Shown here piece by piece: positions 47,601-56,700 of a stretch of 64,000 nt of DNA. This DNA is from Thermoanaerobaculia bacterium (GTDB lineage: Bacteria > Acidobacteriota > Thermoanaerobaculia > UBA5066), in the NCBI GenBank assembly GCA_963719225.1, contig CAVRAY010000002.1, forward strand, positions 352,001-416,000, written 5' to 3'. How positions within the stretch are numbered: position 1 is the first letter of the stretch; each line of letters starts with the position of its first letter. The notes under the pieces are model-generated. The model worked only from the letters and a program-made list of their open reading frames with translations, ran no database searches and had not been told where the DNA came from. Made by a program: the position numbers and the translations under genes.

Positions 47601-47696
47601 ACGAACGCCGCGTGCGCCTCGAATCCCACGTACACGAAGGACATCGGGTGGCAGAACCCGCGGGTGCTCCGTCTCGGCGCCCGCGTGTCTTTCTGA
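44676..47696 (+). CDS. TonB-dependent outer-membrane receptor 3 (Oar-like)
   Basis: GGAGG RBS and signal peptide. ENAYIIDGVNTT, GGYEAEYGR..GG.INVVTKSGGNEF and C-terminal RVSF. Confidence 0.92.
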   Translation: MRHSRCPFLILVIAFCAAFSAVAQTTGDLEGTVADQNGAPLPGVSVELKSPQLQGTRTAVTDTAGRYRFPVLSPGVYSVTAQLSGFAKVERAGLKVSLGATTTIPITMSISVKEEIVVTSEAPAVDTSKTTIGTTASLDSIQRLPLGRNFASIASTVAGTGTDISGNVTVYGATGLENAYIIDGVNTTGVKTGTQAKQLNNEFIQEVEVKTGGYEAEYGRVLGGTINVVTKSGGNEFRGDAFGYYDSGSLASSDRRTADRSAANQGEFFSPKRLDIGADLGGYFVKDRLWFFGAYDRVNQDQDYTRTLAVLRDAAQTKVQTSNTDTYRNNLYSGKLTFRLGESNTIAASIFGDPGTFSGRYDLTQISVMIGSDGAWLVDRNVGGSDFSGRWDGLFGTKFLGQAQVGYHTEKRQDSSPLSGVPYLEKQQAGFPTESLPGSGPVFLEDSKFQRYVYRASGTLFVGPHELKAGLDWEHLNSDFSESYGGTDRIRTRLTAAGALNNYQHRYFAKTPLSGANCLGLLDPSGPAAFPNCTGYAIAPTVDNNPITDNVGLFAQDSFKVLKNLTINAGVRYEQQRLKDFTGTTLVKIDDEWSPRLGIVWDFAGNGRTKLYANYGRFYEVIPQDIQTRALGNEFIIFARNSSPTADPVDLFLGAPIVQGGELVQNNLKGMYQDEIIGGVEVEIAKNWAIGIKGIYRGLGRVVEDRCDLAINPDIAQYFNPSSPATCALINPGQGDALGTIKDPFDTTCYPNGETDAAGNLVAGAPCDSTQPRRYFRGLEVTATHRFSNSFYLLASYLYSKLEGNYSGNLSQTREGGQADPNINADFDYPGLVTNASGRLRNDRTHQFKVSGYYAFPFGLTVGANAFYNTGRPYSIRGCASDAVACNAGYSQEGYLVPRGSAGDLPAAYEADLHLEYALRFGNVSVTPIVDIFNLLDRQGVLSREELFNNTGATAANDPRSGIGQPGCTAQNASLTNAACASNPTYTKDIGWQNPRVLRLGARVSF

Positions 47697-47719
47697 GATC
47701 GAAGAGACCTCCTGAACAC

Positions 47720-47750
47720 GGGGCCGGCCCGGCGGCCGGCCCCCCCTTTT
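47720..47750 (+). terminator. Intrinsic terminator after receptor 3
   Basis: GGGGCCGGCC-CGGC-GGCCGGCCCC then CCCTTTT, between convergent genes. Confidence 0.75.
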
Positions 47751-47756
47751 CGGGCT

Positions 47757-50700
47757 TCACTTCGGCAGGTCGACGATCGCGAACCGCCCCTCGAGGTCCG
47801 CGACGAAGAGGCGGCTCTTGGGAAGGAGCGCGAGGCCCGAGGGCTTCTCGAACTTCTGGCCCTCCGGCTGGTCCTTTCCCTTGAGCGTCGTGACGAGCCG
47901 GCCTTCGTTCGTGTAGGCGCGAATTTCGCCGGCGAGAGGCACCGAGACCCACAGGAGTCCCTTCGAATCGACCGCGAGGTACGGCTCGGACATGACCTCG
48001 CGCCGCCAGCCGGGGACGTCGAAGGCGCGCAGGAACCCCCCGTTGCGGTCGAAGACCACGATGCGGCCGTTTCCGTTGTCGGCGACGTAGACGTTACCGT
48101 CCTTTCCGGCGGCGATTCCCTGCGGGTCGGCGAGCTTGCCGGGCTCCGTCGTTCCCCACTCGGCCTCTTTGTGTCCGAAGCCGTCGAAGCGGACGACGCG
48201 CCCGTTCCCCGTGTCCGCGACGAAGACCGAGCCGGCCGCGTCCACGGCGATCCCGCGCGGTCCGAAGAAGCCGCCGGCCCATTCGCGCAGCCAGGTGCCC
48301 TTCTCGTCGAAGACCTGTACGCGGCCGTTCCACGTGTCGGCCACGAAGACGAGACCCGACGGGCTCACCGCCACGCCGCACGGATCGTTGAATTGTCCGG
48401 GCCCGCTGCCACGCGTTCCGAGCGCCAGGAGGAAGACCCCGTCCGGTCCGAAGAGCTGCACTCTCTGGTTTCCGAAGTCCGCGACCCAGACGCGCCCGCG
48501 AGCGTCCGATGCCGCCCCGCGCGGCTGGCGCACGCGGCCCGCGGCGTCGGCCGGCGGCGAGGGAGTCGCCTGCTCTTTTCGCGGCGCGGAGGGAAGCTCC
48601 TCCACGCGCACCGGCGCCGCCGCGACGCCCGGCGCGAAGACGCCCTTCACCGCGAAGAGGACCATCTCCGGATTCCGGTAGACGGGCGTGAGGAGATCCG
48701 TCCACGACTCGAACCGCGCCAGATTTCCGCCGGCGTAGATCCGGCGTTCGAGGTTCCCGACGGCCACGAGGGCCACGTGGTACCTCAGGAGGATCCGCCT
48801 CACGGCTTCCTCCTCGGCGAGGGTGTACGCCGCCGTGACGTCCGCCTTGCGGCGGTCGATCTCGGGCTGCGCGTGGCCGCGCTGGAACACGTGGTAGTCC
48901 CATCCCAGGACGGTGGGAAGCCCCGTATTCATCGAGAGGCGGGTGAAGTCCTGGTACGACGGGCCCTGCGCCTCGAGGAGCACGGGCAGACCCTTTACGT
49001 TCTCGTTGATCCACTCGATCGCCCCGCGGTCGGAGGGGTTCTGCTTCTCGAGATAGGCCGTCCCGTCCAGGGTGAAGCGCGGCCAGCCGCCACGGTCGAG
49101 CCGTAGGAACCCCGCGAACGCCGTGACGGTCGTGTACAGGGCAGCGAAGCCCGCGAGGACGATCGCAGCGCGCCAGGCGATCGATTTCGAAGCCCGGAAC
49201 GTCTCCCAGGCGAGAGCTCCCGCGAGGGAGAAGAGAAGCCACGTCTCGAAGTGGAACTTGAAGATCGTGTTCATCCGGTCCCACACGTAGATGACCTCGC
49301 AGCCCGTCAGGATCGCGAAGCCGAACGCGGTGAGCGCGAGAGCGGGACGCAGGCGGTCATCGGTCGGCCGGCGGAGCGCCGCGAGGAGGGTGACGAGGAA
49401 GGCGACCGCCGTGAAGAAACCCGAGGACGGCGTCTCGGCGAGCCGTGGCGGATGGAGAGACAAGGACACGAGGGAGAGCGGGAGGGCGACCGCCGCGAGG
49501 ACGAGGAACGCCTTCGCCGCTCTCCCGACGGGGGCGGCGCTTTGCTTCCAAGCGACGAAGGCGAACGGGACGAGGAGCGCCACGAAGAACGCCCAGACGT
49601 TGAAGAAATCCCAGGGTTGCGCCCAGGGGCCGACCTCGCGCCCCCAGTTCCGCGGCGGGGGCGAGAACCGCGCCCAGAACGGACGCGCGAGGAGCGCCCC
49701 CAGGAGGACGACTCCCGCCGCCGGCAGGAAGACGCGGGCCACGAGTGCCTGGGCCGAGCCGGCGAACCCGGCGGGACGCGTCCCGAGCCAGAGAACTCCG
49801 GGCAGGAAGAGGAGAAGGCACGTGTAGACGGGAATCGACCAGCCGTTCGTGATCTGGAGCGCGGCGAAGAGGAGACCGGAAAGACCGACGAGCGCGATCG
49901 CATGACGGGAAGCGAAAGGAGCCTGCCGGTCGCGTGTGACGAAGAGAAGAAGGGCCGCGACGAAGGCCGCGGTGAAGGGCAGCGCGAAGACGTGCGCGTG
50001 CAGGTCCGCGAAGAGGAAGCTCCAGAACGGGTACTCGTTGATGGCGTTCGGCGCGATGACGCGCGACGTGGCCCAGAAGTAGTGCCAGTCGAGGGCGCGG
50101 CCGGCCTGGCGGAAATGGAAGTCGAACGCCGTCCGCGGTCCGGACGGAGGCGCGAGAAAGAGCGCAAGGAGAACGGCGACCGCGCCGGTGCGAAGGCGGC
50201 CCCCGAGTGCGGCGCCGGCGGCGAGGATCGCGGACGCCGAGAGCGCCGCCGTCATCGCGATCGCGAGGTTGAAGAGGATGCCCGGATGAATGCCGAGGAG
50301 CTTTCCCGCCGCCGCAGCCAGGAAATGGCCGAAATACGTGTACGAGAGCGGCGTGCCGGCGAGCCAGGGCTCGGGCGGAGGAAGCTCCGTGGACCTCAGG
50401 AGCGTGTTCAGGAACGAGAAGTCCATCGGCTTCTCGCCCGAAAAGATCTCCGGGTTCAGGGCGCGCACGGCGAGGAAGAACAGGAACGTGCCCCAGAAGA
50501 CGAGCGCCGTCTTCCGGCGCTCGGGCGTCGGCGTGGCCTCGCGCGCCCGGCGGCGACCGGAGAAGCCGGCGAAAAGGAGCGCGAGAGTCGTGACGGCGAG
50601 AAGTCCGCGCGTGAACGGGGCGACGCGCCACGCGACGAGGAGCCAGGGCACGAACGCGAAGAGGAGGACGCCAGTGACGCGACCGAGAGCCTCCCGCCCC

Positions 50701-52568
50701 GGACGCGCCGGAAGAAGAGCCGACAGGATCCCCGCGCCGGCCAGGCCCGTGAGCTCGAGCCACGCCGCGAAAAGGAGTAACGCGAGGAGGGAAGACCGCA
50801 GGCCCGGAAGGCCCCGTCCCGTTTCGGCGCTTTCCGCGATCGCCGGCGCCGAGACCGCGGGACGCGCGAGGAGAAGGTCGTTCCTCGTGAGGGTCTTCGA
50901 AGGTGTGGCGGAAAGGAAGGCTTTCTCGATCGCTTCGGCGGGCATGCGCTTCGTGTTCTCGAAGAACACGACTTTCGGGTGGTCGTAGACGGTGAACGAC
51001 TCGTCCGCGAGCTCGTCGGGGATCCGGATCCCCAGGAGCGACGGGCGCGAGGCGACCTCCCGTTGGAGCGTGTAGCCCAGGTCGCCGGAAAAAAGGAGGC
51101 GGAAGGCGCGGTTCGTGAGAGGGAACTTCTCGGGTGCGCGCGTGACGGCGCCGTAGAGTCGCTTCGTCTGGAGGACCAGCCAGTCCGCTTCGCCAAGCTC
51201 CCGCGCGAGCTTGGACATCTTCTCGGGCGAGTCGGGCTCGTAGAAGCCGAACGTGACGATCCTGTAGCGCTCGGCGAGGCGGCCCGGAAGGCTGAACGGG
51301 AACCCTTCGTCCCAGTCCTGCTCGAGAACCCGCGCGCCGTCCCGGACGTGGTCGTGAAACCACAGTGACGCCGTGACGGAGCTGTGCGGACGCGTGTAGA
51401 TCGAAAGGAACGCGAGGGCCCACGCGGCGGTCCCGCCCACGACGAGGACTCGCAGCGCGCGTCCCGCGCGTCCCTGCCCGGCCTTCTCGGTGAGCCAGGC
51501 CGCCGCCCAGAGAGCGAGGAGTGGATAAACGGGGAGGAGGTACCGCAGGAACTTGACCTCGAAGGTGCACGTCAGGAAGACGTAAGGCACGAAGAACGAG
51601 GCGAGGATCCACTCGGCCGGCGAAAGGGCGCGGAAGCGTCCGAGGCGCCGTCCGGCCGCCCAGAGGGCGGTGAGGCCGAGGAACGGCCCGAGGCCCCAGA
51701 GCACGATCTCCCGGGCCTCGTACAGGAAGTTCGGGACGCCGATGTACTGGTTCGTGTACGGCACGATTCCGGCGTGGCGGACCATCGCGCCCTGCTCGGA
51801 CACCGAGCGCCAGAACTCGCGGAAGTCGAGAAACGCGTAAGGCTCGCCGAGAAAGAACGCGGCGAAGGCCGCGACGCCGCCGATCGCGAGCAGAAACGCC
51901 CCCCGGCCCCAGGCGCGCGCCGGCCGGCACGCGAGAAAGACGGCGACGGCGAGCGGAAGGAAAAGCGGCGCCGCGCTCGCCTTCGTCGCGAGCGCGAAAC
52001 CGGTGAGCGCGCCGGCGAGAAGGGCGTCGCGCGAGCGCCCCCTGAGCCCGAGGCGGACCGAAGCGGCGAGCGCGAGGAGGACGAAGAGCGTCAGCGTCAC
52101 GTCCGTGGCGGCGAAGTGCGACGTCTGGAGGTGGAGGACGGAAAGCGCGAGAAGGAGGCCCGCGAGGAGGCCCGCCTTTTCGCCGTAGACGCGTCGGCCG
52201 ATGGCCGCGACGAGAAGGACGGTCAGGGCCCCGGCGAGGGCCGACAGGAAGCGGCCGACGTGGATGACCCCGTCGTAGGAGGCGAACCACCCCCGGCCGG
52301 TCACCTCGACGAGGAGCGCGGACGCCGCCTTCGTGAGATAGAAGGGCAGCGAGCCGTACGCGAAAAAGTGCGGGTTGAGCTGGAGCGGGTGGAACGAGAG
52401 CTTGAGGATCGCGTCGCCGATGGCGCGCTCGTCCGGGTGGAAGAAGTGGTTCTGGTCGAAGTCCAGCCCGACGAGGCGGATGACGAAGGCGAACAGGGCC
52501 AGAAGAAGCAGGGGTGTGCGGAACGCTCGCGGCGACGGGGCGGGTCCCGCGGGCTCTGACGGGATCAT
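47757..52568 (-). CDS. GT39/PMT-like + DUF2298 + NHL-repeat fusion membrane protein (about 1600 aa)
   Basis: N-terminal FFHPDER...NPHFFAYGSLP and ADESFTVYDHP. Central GEKPMDFSF...PWLAG..SYTYFG, INEYPFWSFLFADLHAH and RMNTIFKF. C-terminal NHL repeats (F..P.G.AV...VADT.N.RVQ.F). Confidence 0.85.
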   Translation of the reverse strand: MIPSEPAGPAPSPRAFRTPLLLLALFAFVIRLVGLDFDQNHFFHPDERAIGDAILKLSFHPLQLNPHFFAYGSLPFYLTKAASALLVEVTGRGWFASYDGVIHVGRFLSALAGALTVLLVAAIGRRVYGEKAGLLAGLLLALSVLHLQTSHFAATDVTLTLFVLLALAASVRLGLRGRSRDALLAGALTGFALATKASAAPLFLPLAVAVFLACRPARAWGRGAFLLAIGGVAAFAAFFLGEPYAFLDFREFWRSVSEQGAMVRHAGIVPYTNQYIGVPNFLYEAREIVLWGLGPFLGLTALWAAGRRLGRFRALSPAEWILASFFVPYVFLTCTFEVKFLRYLLPVYPLLALWAAAWLTEKAGQGRAGRALRVLVVGGTAAWALAFLSIYTRPHSSVTASLWFHDHVRDGARVLEQDWDEGFPFSLPGRLAERYRIVTFGFYEPDSPEKMSKLARELGEADWLVLQTKRLYGAVTRAPEKFPLTNRAFRLLFSGDLGYTLQREVASRPSLLGIRIPDELADESFTVYDHPKVVFFENTKRMPAEAIEKAFLSATPSKTLTRNDLLLARPAVSAPAIAESAETGRGLPGLRSSLLALLLFAAWLELTGLAGAGILSALLPARPGREALGRVTGVLLFAFVPWLLVAWRVAPFTRGLLAVTTLALLFAGFSGRRRAREATPTPERRKTALVFWGTFLFFLAVRALNPEIFSGEKPMDFSFLNTLLRSTELPPPEPWLAGTPLSYTYFGHFLAAAAGKLLGIHPGILFNLAIAMTAALSASAILAAGAALGGRLRTGAVAVLLALFLAPPSGPRTAFDFHFRQAGRALDWHYFWATSRVIAPNAINEYPFWSFLFADLHAHVFALPFTAAFVAALLLFVTRDRQAPFASRHAIALVGLSGLLFAALQITNGWSIPVYTCLLLFLPGVLWLGTRPAGFAGSAQALVARVFLPAAGVVLLGALLARPFWARFSPPPRNWGREVGPWAQPWDFFNVWAFFVALLVPFAFVAWKQSAAPVGRAAKAFLVLAAVALPLSLVSLSLHPPRLAETPSSGFFTAVAFLVTLLAALRRPTDDRLRPALALTAFGFAILTGCEVIYVWDRMNTIFKFHFETWLLFSLAGALAWETFRASKSIAWRAAIVLAGFAALYTTVTAFAGFLRLDRGGWPRFTLDGTAYLEKQNPSDRGAIEWINENVKGLPVLLEAQGPSYQDFTRLSMNTGLPTVLGWDYHVFQRGHAQPEIDRRKADVTAAYTLAEEEAVRRILLRYHVALVAVGNLERRIYAGGNLARFESWTDLLTPVYRNPEMVLFAVKGVFAPGVAAAPVRVEELPSAPRKEQATPSPPADAAGRVRQPRGAASDARGRVWVADFGNQRVQLFGPDGVFLLALGTRGSGPGQFNDPCGVAVSPSGLVFVADTWNGRVQVFDEKGTWLREWAGGFFGPRGIAVDAAGSVFVADTGNGRVVRFDGFGHKEAEWGTTEPGKLADPQGIAAGKDGNVYVADNGNGRIVVFDRNGGFLRAFDVPGWRREVMSEPYLAVDSKGLLWVSVPLAGEIRAYTNEGRLVTTLKGKDQPEGQKFEKPSGLALLPKSRLFVADLEGRFAIVDLPK

Positions 52569-52591
52569 TTCGCTTAAGATAGCGGGAAGAA

Positions 52592-53791
52592 GTGTACGAC
52601 ACGGATTTCGGGCCGAGCAGGCGCCCGCTCGCCGCCAACCTCGCCCTCCTGCTCGGCTCGACACTCGTGGCCCTCGCCCTCTGCGAGGTCGGCGCGCGCC
52701 TCCTTCTTCCCCCGCCCCAGACGGTCGAGGTCGAACAGAAGAAGGAGGCCTACGAAGCCCCGAAGGGCTTCGAGCGGCTCGAAACGCAGGCGGACAAGTC
52801 GATCGACTCCGTCGTCCTCTTCGGCGGTCCCCACGGCGTGAGGCTGCGACCGAACACGCACGGTGAGATTCATCAACACGTCCTGAGCCGCCGCGACGTC
52901 GTCATCGACGTCAACTCGCTCGGCCTGAGATACCCCGAGCTCCCGCCCAAGGCCTCCGACGAGTTTCGCGTCCTCGTCCTCGGGGACTCGATCACGTTCG
53001 GCGACTTCGTCCTCGAGGAAGAGACGTGGACGCGCCGGATGGAGGCGCTGACCAAGGGCAGGAAGAAGATCGTTCGTTTCATCAACGCGGGCCTGCCGGG
53101 AGCCGGCACGGCCGAGGAGCTCTCTCTCTTCCGCGAGATCGGACCGAGCGTGAAGCCCGATCTCGTCCTCGTCGGGATGTATCTCAACGACGCGCAGTCG
53201 GGAAGCCTCTTCTTCGCGAAGAAGCTCCCGGGGGTGTGGGGAAAGAGTCGATTCCTGTCCTTCCTGTCGGACCGCTTCCAGCTCCTCGACACCCGCTTTT
53301 TCAAGAGCGCTCTCCCCGGGGCGATCGATCCCGGCTGGAAGGAGACGTTCCGTGCGGGGCGGGATCTGAAGTCCGGCGACATGTTCGGGACGCGCGTCGG
53401 GTTCGACTTCGAGATCTACAACGCCTACATGGACTTCGGCCTCGGCTGGAACCCGAAGGCCTGGAAGGTCCTCGAGCCGATCACGGCTGCGCTTCGCGAC
53501 GACGTGAACAGGGAGTCCGCCCGCCTTGCCGTCCTGCTGTTTCCCGTGCACATCCAGGTGTTGGGGACCGTCGAGAGGTTCGAGCCCCAGGAGAGCTGCC
53601 GGGAGATGTGCGCGCGCCTCCACGTCCCGTTCGACGACCCCGTTCCCGAGCTGCGCAGGACCTGGCAGTCCAGGCACGAGAGGCTCTTCTACGACCACTG
53701 CCACTACACGCCGGCGGGCTACGAGGTCCTCGCGAGGCAGACGGTGGACTTTCTGGACGCTGAAAAACTGATTCCCCCGCCGGTCCGCTAG
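52592..53791 (+). CDS. SGNH/GDSL hydrolase-family membrane-anchored protein
   Basis: VLVLGDSITFG, INAGLPG, YLND and YDHCHYT (DxxH). Confidence 0.85.
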   Translation: MYDTDFGPSRRPLAANLALLLGSTLVALALCEVGARLLLPPPQTVEVEQKKEAYEAPKGFERLETQADKSIDSVVLFGGPHGVRLRPNTHGEIHQHVLSRRDVVIDVNSLGLRYPELPPKASDEFRVLVLGDSITFGDFVLEEETWTRRMEALTKGRKKIVRFINAGLPGAGTAEELSLFREIGPSVKPDLVLVGMYLNDAQSGSLFFAKKLPGVWGKSRFLSFLSDRFQLLDTRFFKSALPGAIDPGWKETFRAGRDLKSGDMFGTRVGFDFEIYNAYMDFGLGWNPKAWKVLEPITAALRDDVNRESARLAVLLFPVHIQVLGTVERFEPQESCREMCARLHVPFDDPVPELRRTWQSRHERLFYDHCHYTPAGYEVLARQTVDFLDAEKLIPPPVR

Positions 53792-53794
53792 CTC

Positions 53795-56700
53795 ATGAAG
53801 AAGGCGAGGCTCCGCGATTCGTTGCCGCTCGCCACCGCCTTCGCCGCCTCTTTCGCGCTGCTTTGCGCCGTGGCGTTCCAGGGCCGCGGCGAAGCGGCCC
53901 GGGGCGACCGCGTCCTCGGCGCGCTCGACGGCCTCGCGTTTCGCTTTCGCGCCTCGGCGACCGTTCTTCTTCCCTGGGCGTATGCGCACCGTTCCGGGTG
54001 CGCGCTTTTCGCGACGCTCCTTCTCGTGACGATCGCGGCGGCCGCGTGCGCGCGCGGAGGCCGGCGCGGAATCCCGGCAGCGCTCCTGTCCGGAGCCCTG
54101 GCCGCCGCCGCCTGGGGCGAGATCCTCCTTCTCGAAGGCGCGCGCATCGCGGGCTGGACGTTTTTCGCCGCCGCCGTCCTGGCGGCGGGTATCGCCGCGC
54201 ACGTTCGACCACTCGCTTCGGTGCCGGGCTTTCCCGCCCTGAGCGCGGAATCCCGCCCCCGGACTTCCGGGGAATGGGCTCTTCCGGGCTGGACCGAGTC
54301 CCTCGGCCTCCTCGCGCTCGTGGTCCTCGCCCTCTTCGCGCGCGCCTGGGCCGTCAACCAGCTTCCCTCCATCTTCGACGAGGAGATGATCTCCGTCCAG
54401 ACGCAGAGCCGGACGGCCCACGGCCTGAAGCAGTTCGTGGCGACCGAGTTCGTCGGAACGAGCAACGGCCTCGCGACGCCGGCCACGAACCGGGTCGTGT
54501 TCGGGGCGCTCGGCGTCTCCCTCTACGCGACGCGCGTCACGGCCCTCGTCTGGGGCCTCGCGGCCGTGCCGCTCTTCTGGGGTCTCGTCCGACGCCTTTG
54601 CGGAGGCCCTCTCGCGACCTTCGGCGCGACGCTCCTCTTCGTCTGCGCCCCCGAGCAGCTCTTCTGGTCGAGGAGCGAGGTCTCCGTGTTCGCGCCCGTC
54701 GCGCCGCTCGGCCTCCTCTTCGCCCACGTGGGCCTGTCGATGGTGGAGCGGTTCGGAGTGGCGCCGGTCGTCCTGGCGGCGTGCCTGACTCCGGTCTGCC
54801 GCTTCTTCTACACGGCGGGCCACGTCTTCTTCGTCTACCCGGCTCTTCTCGCGGGCCACGCCGCGCTCTTCGTGAAGGGCTTCGCGCGCCGCGCGCTGCG
54901 CGCCGTGCCCGTTCTCCTCCTCGGCGTCCTCGTCTGGGGCTTCAGCGTCTCGATCGCCGTCGCCGCGGCCGGCGGCCCGAGACGGTTCGTCGATCCGGCG
55001 CAGGTGCGCGGCGAGCCGGCCTGGCGGGCCGGGTTCCCCGCAAACGCTTCGGCGGCGGAGGTCCTGCGCGGGCAGGCATCGCGCGTCGCGGGGAATCTCG
55101 TGAGCGTGGGCGCGAGCCTGACGGCGCACCAGGCATACGCGACCCACTGGTACGAGCGCTACACCGTCGTGCCCGCAAAAGATCCGATGGTCCCGGTGGG
55201 GCTCACGATCCTCGCGACCGTCGGCTTCGGCACTCTCCTCGGCCAGATCGCGGAGCGACGCGCCGCCCTCGTTCTCTTCTGGCTCGGTCTCGGCCTCCTG
55301 CCCGGCGTCCTTTCGGACGAGCCGGACGCCCGGCGGCTCTCGGTCATCTTCGTCCCGATCCTCCTGCTCGCCGCGATCGCCGTGACGACCTGGGTCCGCC
55401 TCGCGCGCGACGCCGGCGGCCGCGCCGCCGGCCACTTCGCGTGCGTGGGTGCGGGTCTCGCGATCGCGTGCGTCGCGGCGTCGGGCCTCGCGTCGAATCT
55501 GCTCCTCCCGGTCGCGCCGCTCGTGCGGGACGAGCAGATCCGCTTCGCACGCCCGCTCGTCGAAAAGAGCGACGTCGTCCTCCACAACCTCTTCTACCGG
55601 TTTGGCAAGACTCTCGAGTTCGGCTTCCTCGACCGGCTGCTCGCGCCCTCCGGGCCGTGTCTGCAGTTCGTCGACCGCGGCGACGAGCTCCTTTCGCTCC
55701 TGACGCCGAGGTGCGACTTCACCGAGGAGGTCTACGATCTGACGCTCGCGCCCGCCGAGATCGAGAAGAGGCGGCGCGCTCACCGCGCTTTGCGAGTGTC
55801 GTATCTCTTTCGCGACACGCCGTCCGCCCGAAAGGCCGTGGCCCTTCTCCCCGCGGTGGACAGCGGAGCGCGCGTCCTGGAACGCGACTGGCCCTCCATG
55901 GGAGAGCGGCTCATGGCCTTCGAGGTGAATCCCGGAGCCCTCCGCGCCGCAACGGCGCCCCAGGAGTCTCCGACCGGGGTCTCCGGCGGCTTCCTGGTGC
56001 CCAAGCCGGGATGGTACCGGCTCGTTCTGTCTCCGCCCTGCCCGGCCGCGCGGGTCGCGGCGCTCGGTTCGCGTTGGAACGGAGAAGAGGAGCGACCCCT
56101 GCTTCCGGGCATCTTTCCCTTCGAGATCTCGGGCCCGACGGCCTGCGCGTCGAGTGCGCGGCCGTATCTCGTGACCTCGGGCACCGACACACCCTTCGCG
56201 CCCGCCCTGACGACACCCGCCCTCGCCCTTTTTCCCGAGACGCGGGGCACCGAGCCGGTCCCGTTCGCGGGCTGGTCCCGCGCGCGTATCGTCCTGCGCA
56301 CGGCGGATCGGATCTCGGACTTCGGCGTCGACCGCGAAGGGCGGCTGTACGCGCTCTTCCTGCGCGACCAGGCGTGGGAAATCCGCCGATATTCGCGCGG
56401 CGGTGCCGAGACGAAGCGCGTGCGCGCGGACCTGCCGCTCGACGCGAGCACGGGGACGCTTCTCGTCGAGCCGGACGGTGGTTGCATCGCTTTTTCGCTC
56501 CGGACTTTCGAGCGCTTCGACGAGGACCTCGTGCGCCGGGAGCACTGGGAGCTTCCGGGCGGGCGCAGCGGCTCTCACGCGGCGCGCCTCCCGGGCGGAC
56601 GGCTTGCCGTTCTGACCGGAACCTTTCTCGAGATCCTGAACCCGGCGGGGCGCGTCGAAAGTACGTGGGGGTCCGAGGGAGAGTCGACCGGCCAGTTCGA

